This document shows positions 12,081-40,529 of a stretch of DNA of 64,000 nt, in pieces. The number at the start of each line of letters is the position of its first letter. Within the stretch, counting starts at the first letter, position 1. Origin of the DNA: Neocallimastix sp. 'constans' (taxonomy: Eukaryota); assembly GCA_050613775.1 (NCBI GenBank), contig JBODTK010000156.1:248001-312000 (forward strand). The letters are read 5' to 3'. The position numbers and the translations under genes are program-made. The notes under the pieces are model-generated. The model did not search any database. It saw only the letters and a list, made by a program, of their open reading frames with translations, and had not been told where the DNA came from.

Positions 12081-13695
12081 TTTATATATTATATAATATT
12101 TATTTACTGTATCTTTAGTATTATTAAACCATTCTATAAAATTAATCTTTTTTTTTTTTTATTATTTAAGTATATATTAATTAAAAGTTTTAAAGTTTAA
12201 TAATAAATTATTCCTACATTAAGGACAAATTAATCAATAAAATTTTCAACTTTAAATGTATATGAAAATGTATATATAAATTTTATTATATTAATAATTT
12301 GATCTTTCTCACATTTTTTTTTTTTTTTTTATTAAATATTAGTAATATTATAAAATAAAACAATTAGAGAGTAAGGTATAAATAAAAATAAAATATAATG
12401 AAATAAAAAGAAAGAGAAGAAAAAAGGGAAAGAAGGCTTTTTTAAAAAAATTATATATATATATTTTGAACCAAAAATATAATATATAAATTTTGGCAAT
12501 ATATCAGCATTTCAACAGAAATTAGTAAAATATCATAATCAAATTCTATAAAATATAAAGAGAATTGGTGAATCATTAAAATAAAAATTAAAGATTGATA
12601 ATAAGTAAAATTTGAACCAATAATAATTTTGTTTTTTAATTTTTTTGGCTTTTTAAATTTCATGAAAAATATATAATTTAATTAAATAATATATATATTT
12701 AATAAATTTTATTATAATTAATTATTATTTAATTTATTTTTTATCATTGAAATCACCACTTCAAGATAATTTTTTAAAAAAAAGATTGTTTATATATATA
12801 AATATGTACATTATTTATTATAATTTTTTAATATACGAGATAACATAAAATTATAAATGAAAAAAAAAAAAAAAAGCATCAACATTATATATAAAAACTA
12901 ATTATATATAGCAAATGATTATTATTATGTTATAAATAATATAATGAATTATTAAACATTGTGTACGTAAATAGATTTCTATACTATATCTAAAATTATG
13001 AATATAAATAATATTGATATTAATAATAATTATTAGTAAAAATTTTTATAGTGTTGAATTTAATAAGATAATTGGAAACACATTATTACTTTAATATTAG
13101 AAATATATATAATTAAAATCAAAAATACAATTTTGAAAATTTTATATTTTTCAATAACTTTATGGCTATAGAAATTCAATTTTTATATATATATTTATAT
13201 CTATATCTATATCTATATTTTTATTATTATTTTTATTTTTTATGTAGCATAATGAAATTTTTTTTATTCTATTAAAATTAATACACTATACTATAAACTT
13301 TTAAAAGTAGTACATATTCATTAAATTATTAGTATATATATATTATTCTTAAAAATGATTGAAACTTTTTGATTACTAATAAATAGAAATTAAAATGGTT
13401 TTATATGTATTTACTTTATTAATTGAATAGGAATAAATATACAATTTAAAATAAATATAGTGTTATTATTGTTATCAAAAAATTACTATTCATATTAAAA
13501 TAAATATTACTATTATTTGATCCTTAGAAATTACATAATATTTAAATAATTATTTTTTTATTATTTAAATAGAATTTAAATACATATAAATTGACTACAA
13601 ATTGAAAAGATATTATTATATAGGTAATAAATTAGATATAATAATAATAATGATAATGATGATAAAAAAAATATAATAATAATAATAATAATAAT

Positions 13696-13748
<53 letters not shown>

Positions 13749-13833
13749 GATGAAAATAAATTATAATAATAAAAATTATAAATATTAATAAATTTGTTTA
13801 ATATATAAAATAAGCTACAATCATATTGAAATG

Positions 13834-14090
13834 TGTTAATATATAAATTAATGAATAAGCTACATTACAAATACATAAAAACATGTAATTTTTATAAAAA
13901 ATTAAATTACAAGTAATTTTTTAGTACATATTATCATGCTTTTATATCTTTACAAGCTATTAAATATTTATAAAATTGACATAATTATAAAACCTATATT
14001 ACTGAATTTTGATAGATTAAGAGTTTCAATGACTCTAGTCAGAAAATCAAAATAGTATTATTCCTTATTTACGAAGATGAATTTTAACAA
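13834..14090 (+). mobile_element. Degenerate Copia-type LTR (13834-14014, 181 bp), possibly followed by a decayed PBS and gag start
   Basis: Starts TGTTAA, has the same length as the LTR at 5882-6062 and shares taaaattgacataattataaa near its 3' end. It is followed by gattaagag, a weak PBS-like sequence. Confidence 0.5.
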
Positions 14091-14492
14091 CAATAATAAT
14101 AATAATAATAGTAACAGTTATAATAATAATGAACATAATATATATTATAATAAATAATAATAAATAATAAATAATAAATAATAAATAATAAATATTATTA
14201 ATATATTAATAATAAATTATAATAATTAATAATAAATAATAATAAAAATATTAATAACAATTAATTATAAATAATGATAATTATAATAACAATGTAGAGA
14301 TAAATTAAAGTACACTTTATAAAAATTGAATTATATTTATAATTTAATAATATATATAAATATATATATTTTAATTTATTAATTTATTTACTTCTTTTAA
14401 TACATTATAATTTTTTATTGTATTATTTTATTATAATTCTAAATAAATTATTTAAAATTATAATAAATACATACTTTTTTTTAAAAAATATC

Positions 14493-15266
14493 TTATTTAT
14501 TTTTGAATGAGTTTCTCTTTTTATTATTGATATTACTTTGTATACTGTCTTCAATAGCTACATTCTGTTTTTGATCTTCTTCTAATTTTTGAAGTATTGT
14601 AAAGAAAGGTAAAACAGTCACTGAATAAATAACACCAATTATTATTATATATGTAATAATATACGAAAAACTTGAACTTCCAAATATGGAAATAATTCTT
14701 TCCGAAGGACAAAAACTTCCATCAAGAGACCAACAATATAATTTATATGAACTAAATGATTGATACAATGCAAGTAGTGGGAATCCGACAAATAAAGATT
14801 TTTGAAGTATATGAGCGTAGAGAGTTTGGAATATATATAGGAAACATTCTAAAACAAACATAATAATAAATATTTGATTTGTACCATTTCCAAATACCCA
14901 AGTTATAGAGTAAAGGAGGTATGGTAATAATGTGTTACCACATATAGTGTCGGGATAATACAATAAAAATATTGAATGTATTATAAAAATAATGTGATGT
15001 TCAGCAATGTTAAAATTAGTTGATAACATTTTGGTAAATGTAATTTCCCAGTAAAACAATACAATTTGAATAATAAGCATAGCTTTTACTTGAAGAACAG
15101 ACAACGATTGTTTTACTGTTTTTGAAGGCCACATATTTTCATTTATATAACATGATCCAATTGCGATAATTAATTGAATAAGAAATATCCAATTAATAAA
15201 TTTATTCCATTTTTTTGGATATTGAGTACTATCAGACAAATAATCAATAATATCCCAAAATCCCAT
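14493..15266 (-). CDS. Intronless multi-pass membrane protein (257 aa), function unknown; possibly TLC-domain-like
   Basis: ATG in aaaATGG context; 6-7 hydrophobic segments, an HH pair at the start of one helix, and a basic C-terminal tail. Confidence 0.8.
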   Translation of the reverse strand: MGFWDIIDYLSDSTQYPKKWNKFINWIFLIQLIIAIGSCYINENMWPSKTVKQSLSVLQVKAMLIIQIVLFYWEITFTKMLSTNFNIAEHHIIFIIHSIFLLYYPDTICGNTLLPYLLYSITWVFGNGTNQIFIIMFVLECFLYIFQTLYAHILQKSLFVGFPLLALYQSFSSYKLYCWSLDGSFCPSERIISIFGSSSFSYIITYIIIIGVIYSVTVLPFFTILQKLEEDQKQNVAIEDSIQSNINNKKRNSFKNK

Positions 15267-15550
15267 TTTTAATAAATAAATATATTTTTAAAATAATAAC
15301 TAAACTGTTATACTTTAACTTTTATATTCTTTATTATTATATTTTTATATATTCTTTTCTTTTCTTTTTTAATATTATTTATTTATAATATATGTATATA
15401 TAGATAAATAAGTGTATGATATATATTTGAAAATATTTATATTAAAATTCTATGATTTTATATTAGTCTAATTGATATTTGAATAAATATATAAATTATT
15501 ATAATCCCTCAATATAAATTAAATTAGTATTTTTTCTGATAATATCATAG

Positions 15551-15595
<45 letters not shown>

Positions 15596-15888
15596 AATAT
15601 TACAAAAATAAATAAAAAGTTGGGTAATTTTTTTTTTTATTTATTTTTATTTATAATTAGAAACTTTATTTTAATAATTATATATGTATATTAAATAAAA
15701 TTATTTCATAAAATTATTTAATGAATATTTTAAAAGAATAGATTTTTTTATTTTAAAAAGGTTAAAATTAATATTATTAATTAAATTTAATAATATTTGT
15801 ATCCACAAAATTTTTATTGATATAAGAAAATTAAAATCCAAATATTTTTGCGAAGCTAATTATTATTTTTATACTTTGAAGTAATAAA

Positions 15889-24536
<8,648 letters not shown>

Positions 24537-24540
24537 AATG

Positions 24541-24586
<46 letters not shown>

Positions 24587-24589
24587 AAG

Positions 24590-24699
<110 letters not shown>

Positions 24700-26220
24700 T
24701 TTATAATTGTAATTTATGTGTTGAATATTAAAAATAATATATATTAATATTAAAACTAAAAATAAATATTATAAATGTTTATATATATATATATAACAAT
24801 AGATAAAAATTGCAATAATTTGCAATGAATAGATATAAAGATATAATTATTTTTTATTTTTTATTTTTTATTTTTTTTTTTTTCAATTTTTTTTTTTTCC
24901 ATATCATAGAAAAAAAAAAATATACAAATTATATTCAATACTTTTTTTTTTTTTTTAATTAAATATTCATAAAAGTTTTGTTAATAATAAAGTTTAAAAT
25001 TAGTGTATATTAATAATATTTAAATATATTCATTTATTTTGCCAATAATAAAAATTAATAATTTAGAATATCATTATAAAAAGGTTATTATATAATATTT
25101 TTATTATTTATATAAAATATATTTAATTTTAGTAAATTCATATTTATAATTTTAAATATTTTTTTAAGAATATTATTCAGTATAAAGTTTTTGGATTATC
25201 TTTTTTTTTTTTTTTTTTTTTTATATATATATATATATATATGATTAACAATTCAATTTCAAAGGATAAAAAAGATATTTCATATTGTAAAAATCATAAT
25301 TTTTAAATAATATTTATATAATAAATATTTTATTCATATTTTATATATGAATATTTAATTATTATATGTTCAAGTTTTTTTAATTGAAAATTTATTTTAT
25401 TTTATTTTATTTTATTTTTTTTATTTCATTTTTTATTTTGTTTATTAATATAATTTTATTTTATCTTATTTTATTTTATTTTTATATTATTTTTTACTTA
25501 TTTCATTTTTTATTTTATTTATTAACATTATTTTATCTTATTTTATTTTATTTTTATTCTATTTTTTACTTATTTCATTTTTTATTTTATTTATTAACAT
25601 TATTTTATCTTATTTTATTTTATTTTATTTTTATATTATTTTTTATCTTTAAATTTTTTCATAAAATTTTCATTAATTTTATATTTTTTTGAATTATTTT
25701 TAATTATACTTCTTATTATTTTTAGATGTAATTATACAATAATAATTTTAATCATATTAAGTTGAAAATATATACATAATTTTTTTTAAAATTATTATAT
25801 ATTATGATTGTTTTTCCAATTTGTTATAATTAAAATATAAGCTTATTTCATATTCAAATTTGTTCTATATTAACTATATTAATATGAATAATTATCAAAA
25901 ATTTAATATGCTAGAAAGTAATAATAATAAAAGAATAGAATTATTTAATATATAAAATTTAATTAATAACAATATATTAAAAGAAGTAATAATGTAATAA
26001 TAAAATAATAATAATAATAATAATAAAGATAAAAAAAAAAAAAAAAAAAAGATATTTTTAATAAAATTTTATTAATAACAATAAATTAGTCAAAAACTAA
26101 TAATAATAATAATAATAATAATAAAAAGAAATGGAATAATTTAATATATAAAATTTAATTAATAACAATAATGTTATATGATAAAAAAAAATAATAATAA
26201 ATAAATAAAAAATAAAGTAA

Positions 26221-26251
<31 letters not shown>

Positions 26252-26477
26252 AGAAAAACAACATATTTAATTACAATTTAATATAAAATTAATTTTTACT
26301 TGCTTACTTTAGTATATTTATTAATTTTTTTTTTTTTTTTTTTATTTTATTTTTTATTATTTTTTATTTTCAAATTCTATTATTTTATTTATTTTATTTT
26401 TATGTAAAAAATTTTGAAATTCATAATTGATATTTAATATTTAATATAAATAAAATTATAACAATAATATAGAATTT

Positions 26478-26524
<47 letters not shown>

Positions 26525-26541
26525 AAGGATAAATAAAAAAA

Positions 26542-31446
<4,905 letters not shown>

Positions 31447-32506
31447 TTCTGATTTATAATATGGAATGTCATGAATTATAATCAAATACCAAAATAAAAT
31501 AAATAAAACAAATATACAAATAAAAAAAAAATAAAAAAAAAAAAATTCATTTTTTTCTTTTTATATTTTTTTATTTTATAATTAAATGAAATATATTTAT
31601 TAAAGAATTTCCTTATATTAATTAATATATTAATAATATTTTTTTATTTTTATTTTTATTTTATTTTTTTTTTTTTTTGTGATAATCCTATTATTAATTT
31701 TAAATTAATTTGATTTCTTTAGAATTATATATTTAGTTATTATTATAATTGTGGTACATACATTTTAAAATTTTTTATTTATTTCAATTTGTATTATTAA
31801 TATTTTTCTCTTCTCTCTATAATTAACTTTTCTTACTTTGATCTTTATTTCGATTGTAACCTTATCCTTGTTCAGGAATATTTATATTTAATGGAATAAT
31901 ATTACTGTTAATTAATATTTATTTTTAATTATATATAAGTATTTTTATATTATCTTTTTATATTCTTAAATTTATCATTAGAAATTGATTTTTATTTATT
32001 TATTTATTTATTTATTCATTTTTATGTTTTTGGTTAATAATTAAAGTTGAAATAATTTTTATTACTTAATTTTATTACTATTATTATTAGTTCCAATATA
32101 TATTGTTTTTATTATATTTTAAATTAATTTTTAATAATAATCTTATATATATTATTATTTTTTTTTTTTTTTTTTTTTTTTGACATTTCCTAATATATTT
32201 TCTTAATATATTTTCAAATTTCAACTAAAAAAAAATAAAAATTAAAAAAATTAATTTTTTTCATTTATATTCAATATATCAGGTATTATGGAAAAAATAT
32301 TTGATTATGTTTTATTAGTCTCATTTCTATTGAGATAATTATCACTATATATTTAATATAATCATATTAAGAAAAAAAATATGAAAAAAATTTTTTTAAT
32401 TGAATACTAAAAAAAATGCTTAATCTTCAATAAAGTATTATGAAACTAACAATTTTTTTTTTTTTTATAGAAATAATAAAATTTTTAAATAATTTGTAAT
32501 ATAGAA

Positions 32507-32968
32507 AAAAAAAAAAAAAAAAAAAACATAGACTTGCACATATGGGTACCCATCTCCCATATGGCCATACAGTTATTAATTAACTGTAAGGTGATGAGTT
32601 ATTGGCATACTGTATCAGCTTCGCCGCTCTCAATCGTCGTTACACACTGCCCGGAGATGCATTCCTAACGTTCCTACATATATCTCTAATGACCACGAGC
32701 ATCAGAACGGAACCATTAACTCCTCCCTAGTGGGTGTAATCATTGGCGATTGGAAATTTTACAATCATCAAGGTCTATGCTTCAATTCAAAGCGTAGTAT
32801 CAGGGTTGGGTGAAATAATCATCTGAGGGAAAGCCTTATGGACATCACGTGTGGTCTCATGATATCCCAGGATAGAAACCTCATCCGATTATTTGGTGCC
32901 ATGCCGAGGATTCGAACCCCGCCCTCTACAGTGACCTGTATCGTCCTAACCGACTGGACCAACATGGC
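32507..32968 (-). mobile_element. tRNA-derived SINE, apparently full length, with 14-bp TSD
   Basis: tRNA-like head at 32968-32894 with Pol III box A and box B, ~365-bp GC-rich body, 3' hairpins and terminal AAGTCTA. The direct repeat tttgtaatatagaa lies at 32493-32506 and 32969-32982. Confidence 0.85.
32894..32968 (-). ncRNA. tRNA-like head of the SINE (not a canonical tRNA)
   Basis: Acceptor GCCATGT/GCATGGC followed by ACCA, D-arm GTCC/GGAC, T-arm CGGGG-TTCGAAT-CCTCG. The anticodon arm TACAG-GTCA-CTGTA has only a 4-nt loop. Confidence 0.8.
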
Positions 32969-33005
32969 TTTGTAATATAGAATAATTTATTTTTTTTTTA
33001 TTTTT

Positions 33006-33083
<78 letters not shown>

Positions 33084-35700
33084 GGTATGTTACACAATAA
33101 TGAATTATACTTAATATATTATTATTTTTTATAATAATTATTATGATTATTAATTTTTTTTAATAGTTATGTGTTATGATATAAACCTCCATAAATCTAA
33201 CATTTATACTTATCTATTGTTATTTTTCATTTAATAAACTTAAGGTTGAAAATAATCATTATTCATTAATCATAATAAATTTAAATTTAAAATATCATTT
33301 TATTGCTTTTACTACTTTTTTTATTTATTATTAGTGATATTTAATAATTCTTTATATTTTATTATATATTTGAATATCAGAAGTTACTAATTAATATGAC
33401 GTTAATATATTTAAATATTGATTAATAATAAATGATAAATATATTGAATAGGTTCATTAATTTAAAAAAATATATATATATATATTGTTTTTTTTTTAGC
33501 TAAATCTCTAAAAAGACATAAAAATACCATATATTAAATAAATAAATAATAAATAAATAATAAATAATAAATAATAATAAATAATAATAAATAATAAATA
33601 ATAATAAATAATAAATAATAATAAATAATAAATAATAAATAAAAATAAATAATAAATAATAATAATTAAATAAATAATAAATAATAAATTGTAATTACAA
33701 ATTAAACATAAATCAATATGTATTTAGAACAAGCAACAATTAAATATAAAAACATGTAATTTTATCTGTACTTTAAATCTTTGTTAGCCATTTATTTATA
33801 TTCCATAAATAATAAATTTATATTAATAAAAAAGCAATCCTTTATAATATTTTTATAAATTTTACTTATTAGAAAAATAGCAGGAGACAAAGTAAAATAT
33901 GAAAAAAATGAAATGAAAATAAAATTTTTATTATATAAATAAAAATAATATTAATTTTTTTTATAAGGCTTTGTATAATTTTTTAATTTAATAAAAATAA
34001 TTATATAAATTAAATTTTATTTATTTATATATAATTATTTATATGTATATTTACTTATATATATTTATATATATATTTATTTATATATATTTACTTATAT
34101 ATATTTAATATTGTAAATTATTATTACATTAATGAAATAATACTGTATTCAACCTATTGAAAATTAATTAAAAATATTGAATTATTCAAAATTTAATAAA
34201 TATTTAAAAGTATGTAATTATTGATAGTATTAATTTTATAAACAGTAAAAAAAAATAATTGAGAGAAAACAAAATAAAATAGAGTTATTAAATATATAAA
34301 ATATTTATAAATTAATAAAATAAAAAATAAAAACAAAATAAAAAATGAAAAGCTAAATAGAAAAATAATAAAATATATAAAAAAAATAAATAAATAACTA
34401 TTAAGATATCAAACATTTAAACATTTTATAATTAATATAAATTATAAATGTATCATATATTGTAGTATTCATTAATATACAGTGTTATATATTTTAATAT
34501 ATTAATAAGTTAAATAAATTAATGAATAAATAAATAATAACTAAATAAATTAATACATTTTAATATATTAATAAGTTAAATTAATTAATTAATAAATAAA
34601 TAATAACTAAATAAATTAATAAAATTATTATTAATAAAGATATTAACAATAAAAAAAAATACTTCTAAAGATAAAAAATAAAAACAATAAAAAAATATAT
34701 ATTAATTAAATAACATTTTCTTTAAAATAAAAAGAAAATATAAATTTAAATAAAATAAAAAATTAAAAAAAAAATAAAATTAAAAATAAAAATTAACAGA
34801 TATAAAAAAAAAAAAAAATAAATATTTATACAAAATAAAATTATTTGTTTTTAGAAAATATCTAGAAAAAATATAAAGATTTAACAACAAATATTAAACA
34901 TAAAAGAAAAAGTTAATAGTAACATTTAAATTTAAGTATTAACTTTTTTATTATTATACTTTTTCAAAAATATGTATTAATCTCATTAAATTAAATATTT
35001 AAAATCAATTAATATTTTATATATAAGAAAATCGAAACTTTTGGTTTCTTTATCTTTTTTTTTTTTTTTCTTTTTTTTTCTTTTTCTTTTTTGTTATTAT
35101 TGTTATTAGTAATATAAAGCTATAATATTTTCGTTAATATCTATAAAAATGAAATATTTTTTATATCGAAATCACTTTTAATATTCATCACAAAAAATAC
35201 TTTTGATAGAAAAATTAAGAGAAAAAGAAAAAAAAAATAATTGATTGTAAATTTAATATAAAATACAAAAATAAGTTTTCATATTTACAGTAATACTTAT
35301 TTATGTATATGTTTATTAAAATTATATTATAAAATGTTCACATAGTATTATTAAAAAGGTAAATAAATCATACAATATAAATTTTATTAAAAACGATGTA
35401 TTATATAATAATTTATATAAATAATATAAGTTTATGAAATCTTAATTTTATTTTTCAAAAATTAAATAATTAATTTAAAAATTATTATAATTATTATTAT
35501 TAATATTATAAATATTTTGAAAAAGATTAAAAACTGAAATTGATTTAATATATATTTTCAATTTAATTTAATTTATAAATTAATTAATAAATATATTCTC
35601 AGTATCAAAGTAATTCAATTAATTAATAATATTTGATAGAAAAAAATAAAAATTTTTCATAATTTGGAATTTTAATAGTAATATAATAAGAAGAAACAAA

Positions 35701-36986
35701 ATGGAAAATTATACTGACTATAATACTAAAGAGGATTTGTATCAGATTCCTCAAAAGACATTTCCAATGGATAATAAAGTCTATAACACTTATAATTATG
35801 ATTACAATTGTGATTACGATTACGGCTATAATAATATGGGATTGAATTTAGATGTTAATACAAATATGCTACGTCCTGCCACTCCAACTTCACCAATGTT
35901 AACCACATATAATATACCACCAAGAGTATCTTCACCAATTCCAAGAATCTCTTCACCTATTCCACAAAATGTACCTTCACCTATTCCTCCAAGAGTATCT
36001 TCACCTATACCACAAAGAATTGCTTCTCCAGTACCACAAAGAATTGCTTCTCCAGTACCACAAAGAATTGCTTCTCCAGTACCACAAAGAATTGCTTCTC
36101 CAGTACCACAAAGAATTGCTTCTCCAGTACCACAGAGAGTTGCTTCTCCAGTTCCCCAGAGAATATCATCTCCAACTCCAAGAGTTGCTTCGCCTGTTCC
36201 AAGAATGGGAAACCCTATTACCAGGGATATGCCACATTCACCATTAAATACCAATTTCAATTTTGATTTTGATTTCGATTTTAATGATTATTCAAATAAT
36301 GATTTAGATTATAATTCAAAACAACCTAACAACGAAACAAAAGGCTTAAGAAATTATAGTAGTTTAGCTACATTAAGACCTCAAAAAATTAATGAGTTAA
36401 AAAATTTAAGAAATTCAAATAGTGTTGCTTCGTTAAGTACATTAAAAAATCAACAACAATATCAAGATTCTCAATCACCTTCTACACAACAAGTTATTAG
36501 TAAAAAGCAACCCTTTGATGTCATTGGTACACCACAAGACCAATTACAAAAATTAATTTTCCAAGGTAGAGCAATTACTAATCAACTTCAAAGTCTTTCT
36601 TCCAAAAACACAAAATTAGGTTTGTGTATATCTACTATTTACGTTATTTTATTTTATTTTTTTTTTTTATTATTTTTTTTTAAATATATAAATATATAAT
36701 TAAATTTATATATTATAAGCATTAATAAATGATAAACTGAACATTAATGTATTTTATAACATTTATATATATTAATATAATTTAATTTTTTTTTTTTTTT
36801 TTTTTTTTAAAAAAAAATTGAATAAAGAAATTTACTCTGAAGGAAAATTACCAAGTTATGACAAATTAGTGAAGATTGTCTCTGAGAAATTCCAAGTTCA
36901 AAGAGAAATTAATCAAGTAAATAAAAAATAAATGATTATATATGTTCATATTATATATAATCAATATTATTATATTAGAGTTTTAC

Positions 36987-37021
<35 letters not shown>

Positions 37022-37037
37022 AGATTTTAAATAATAG

Positions 37038-37072
<35 letters not shown>

Positions 37073-37869
37073 CAAATACTATAGGCGAATGCGAGACTTT
37101 TAACTATTAATTATATTGTAAATATAACTAATTTCTGTAGAACTCATCAACTACATGTATGTTTATTATATATAAATTTTTAATAAATAATATCACAAAA
37201 TATTTATATTAATCAAATATTTTATTTAATGTATGCCTAATAATATATAATAAAATAATAGCAAAGTATTGTAGAAGGACAGAAAAAAGTTAATGAACTT
37301 GAATCAACAATAGAAATGTTAGAAAATTTCATAGAAGATATTAATGTTGAAAATGAGAATAATAAACAAACAGCAGAAAGATTAAAATGTTCTTTAGATG
37401 ATACTAGAACCATATTAGAAAATGCTATAAAGGAATATAGAAAAGAAATAGATGATCACAGAAAAATTCTTCAAAGACAAAATACTTATATAGATGTAAA
37501 TTGAAATTATATATAATTATAATAATAGAATATTAATTGTTTTTCTCCATTATATAAATTAACCATGTATTTTATGTATATATTATTATTTTATGAAATT
37601 TATTTTATAAACACATAAATATCAATAATAATTTATTAAATTACATATTTGATTTTATTCAACTCCAAATTATAGTCTATTCATAATTCAAAATTCAATC
37701 AAGATCTTCTGGTTGATGCTGGGTAAGTAAAATTAATTAATCATATATATATATTTATACATATATAAGAATTAATATTAGATAAATAATATAAATATCT
37801 TATTATTATTATTATTTATTTATTTATTTTTATTTTTTTATTTTTATTTTTTAATTTTTTCTATTTTTT

Positions 37870-37901
<32 letters not shown>

Positions 37902-37902
37902 C

Positions 37903-37944
<42 letters not shown>

Positions 37945-38680
37945 TTATTAATTATTAATATTGATAATAATTCAACAATATCTATTAATATTAATATTAT
38001 AATTATTATTATAAATGTCATGATTATTATATAGTATAATGTTATTTTCTATGTATATTGTCAATTTACCATTAATTGATTTCCCTCTTCATACAATTTT
38101 CCAAACATTAATGGTGCCAGGAAGAAGAAGAGCATTTATAAAACAATTAGCAAAGTTAATAATGATTGTTATAATTGTTAAAAAACTTAGAAAATTCGCT
38201 GTTCAATATGGAATTCATAATAAGTAAATTGGATGATTAAAATAATTTAATTAATATAATAATAAAAATAAACTAATAATATTATATAAATAAATTCTAA
38301 TTATTTCTAAATTAATAATTTACTAATTATATACATTTATAATATATATATTGTAAATATATATAAATTTATTTTTATTTTTTTATTTTATTTTTTTGTT
38401 TATCCTTTTGTATTCATATATATATATATATATTTATATATAATAAATATCTTTCAATTTTTACATAATTAAAAATTTTAATTAATAATATTTAAATAGA
38501 ATAGGATCTTTCTCACCATATATTTTTAAACTTATAAATATGATTGTTCCAAAAATTTATCAAGATGAAGTTAAAGATATGACCAATTATTTATTACAAA
38601 GAAATAAAAAACCTGAAGCTAAAAAGATTAATTCTTTAGAAAATATAGAATCTGATATTGAAATCTTGACACAATCATAA
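35701..38680 (+). CDS. Multi-exon hypothetical protein: N-terminal RxxSP repeats, coiled coil, C-terminal hydrophobic helices
   Basis: Exons approximately 35701-36619, 36828-36916, 37085-37157, 37262-37495, 37676-37722, 38035-38223 and 38500-38680, with GT-AG ends; last exon ends ...IEILTQS*. Confidence 0.8.
35990..36200 (+). repeat. Coding tandem repeat, 24-bp unit (QRIASPVP)
   Basis: caaagaattgcttctccagtacca x5 plus degenerate flanking copies. Confidence 0.95.
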
Positions 38681-39222
38681 AATATTAAAAATATAATAAA
38701 ATAATAATATTAGATAATATTAAATAAAATAATAATACTAATAAAAAAAATATTCTTTTTATATATACTATTTTTATTTACCACTATCTTAAATTTAAAA
38801 TAGTTATTAAAAAGTATTCAATTGAAAATTAATAAAAAAAAAATTGAAATAAAATAAAATAAAATTTTTCCATACTACAAATTAAGCAATAATAATAATA
38901 ATAATATAATAAATAATATTAACGTTACTAAAGAAGAAGAAAAAAAAAATATATATATATATCAATATATCAATAGTGTTTAATAGCAAGTAGATTGTTA
39001 TCAAAAAAAAAAAAAAATTTAAATTGTTTATATATATCTTTATATTATTTTTTTTTATTCATATTAATTAATTAATTATTGCTTGTATATATTAAAAAAA
39101 TTTATATAAATAATCTTTTTTATATATAAACTCTTAATATAAATCTATATTTCCACAATAAAAAAAAAAAAAAAAAACATCGCTAATTAAATCAAAAATA
39201 AAGTAATGTAAAAAGAATAATA

Positions 39223-39271
<49 letters not shown>

Positions 39272-40497
39272 AAAAGAAAAAGAAAATTTTAATAATATAT
39301 AATAATAGTCAATAATCAATAATTTATTAATTAATATAATATTTATTTATTTATTGATCGTTTTAATTATTGTTATTATTATCACTTTTAAATAACCTTT
39401 TAAAATTCTTTTATATGTATAAATTCTTAATTATACCATTGAAATAATAATAATAGTAATAATTAGATAATTATAGTTACAAATAGTAACAATTGAAATA
39501 GTATAAAAATACTAATAATAACTTAAAGAAAATTATTAAATTAAAAAATAAATAAATAAATAAATAAGTGAGCAAAAGAAAAAGAAAAAGAACTTAGAAT
39601 ATATAAATCTAATATATAGGAATGAAATAAAATACATTAAAATTAATTATGAAATATATATATGTTATATATACTTTTTTTTTTTTTTTTAAAAAAAAAA
39701 AAAATAAAACCCTAAATAAACCCTATAAATATTAAATAAAAAGAAATTATACTTCGCATAAAATAAATTTTCAATAAAAATATATAAATTATTATTAATT
39801 TATAATAGTAATAATAATAATATACCTGAATGTTTTATATATCCCCAAATAAAAATATAAATTTATATATTATATAATGTTTATAATATCCCTTTATTAT
39901 TATTTATTATAATTTATTATTTTTATATAATTTTTATTTTTATATTTTAATTATTAATATTAATATTAATATTATTAATATTATTATTATTATTATTATT
40001 ATATATTATTATATATTATTTTTTTTTTTTTATAATTTAAATAATTTTTATTGTGTATTTAAATAATTTATAATTTTATAATAAAAATGTAATTAATTAC
40101 AAAAAAAAAAAAAAAAGAAGTAAATAAAACATAAAATTTTCTTTTGATTATCCTTAAGAAATATTTAGTTCAAAATTGGAAGTAATATAATATGAATAAA
40201 AATATTTTTCTTACTATATAGTTCCAAGAAATATTTAATATAAAATGGATATAATTTTTTTTTATAATTAAGATTCTAATTAATTATTTTAATACCATTT
40301 ATGGAAATAGATTTAAAAAAAAATTTTTTTAAATTTTTTTTAAATAAAAATATATTAAATATATTGAAATATATTTTATAAACATGATTATAGATAATAT
40401 ATTTCGTAACTATATCATATAAAAATTCAACAAATTTTTCAAACTTTAAATATTAATTTTAATACTTTTTTATGTCTTTTTTTTTTTTTTTTTTTGA

Positions 40498-40529
<32 letters not shown>

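Noticed and set aside
12451..12663. 70-aa minus-strand ORF or plus-strand coding relic
   Set aside because: No recognisable motif, and the plus frame has several stops.
25384..25692. 102-aa F/L/I/Y-rich ORF
   Set aside because: T-rich low-complexity DNA with a short internal duplication; no coding signal.
32527..32893. Hammerhead or HDV ribozyme in the SINE body
   Set aside because: No correctly arranged CUGAUGA/GAAA core or HDV pairing could be built by eye.
32894..32968. Functional tRNA-Asp or tRNA-His gene
   Set aside because: The anticodon loop is 4 nt, no terminator follows the head, and it sits in a TSD-flanked 460-bp unit.
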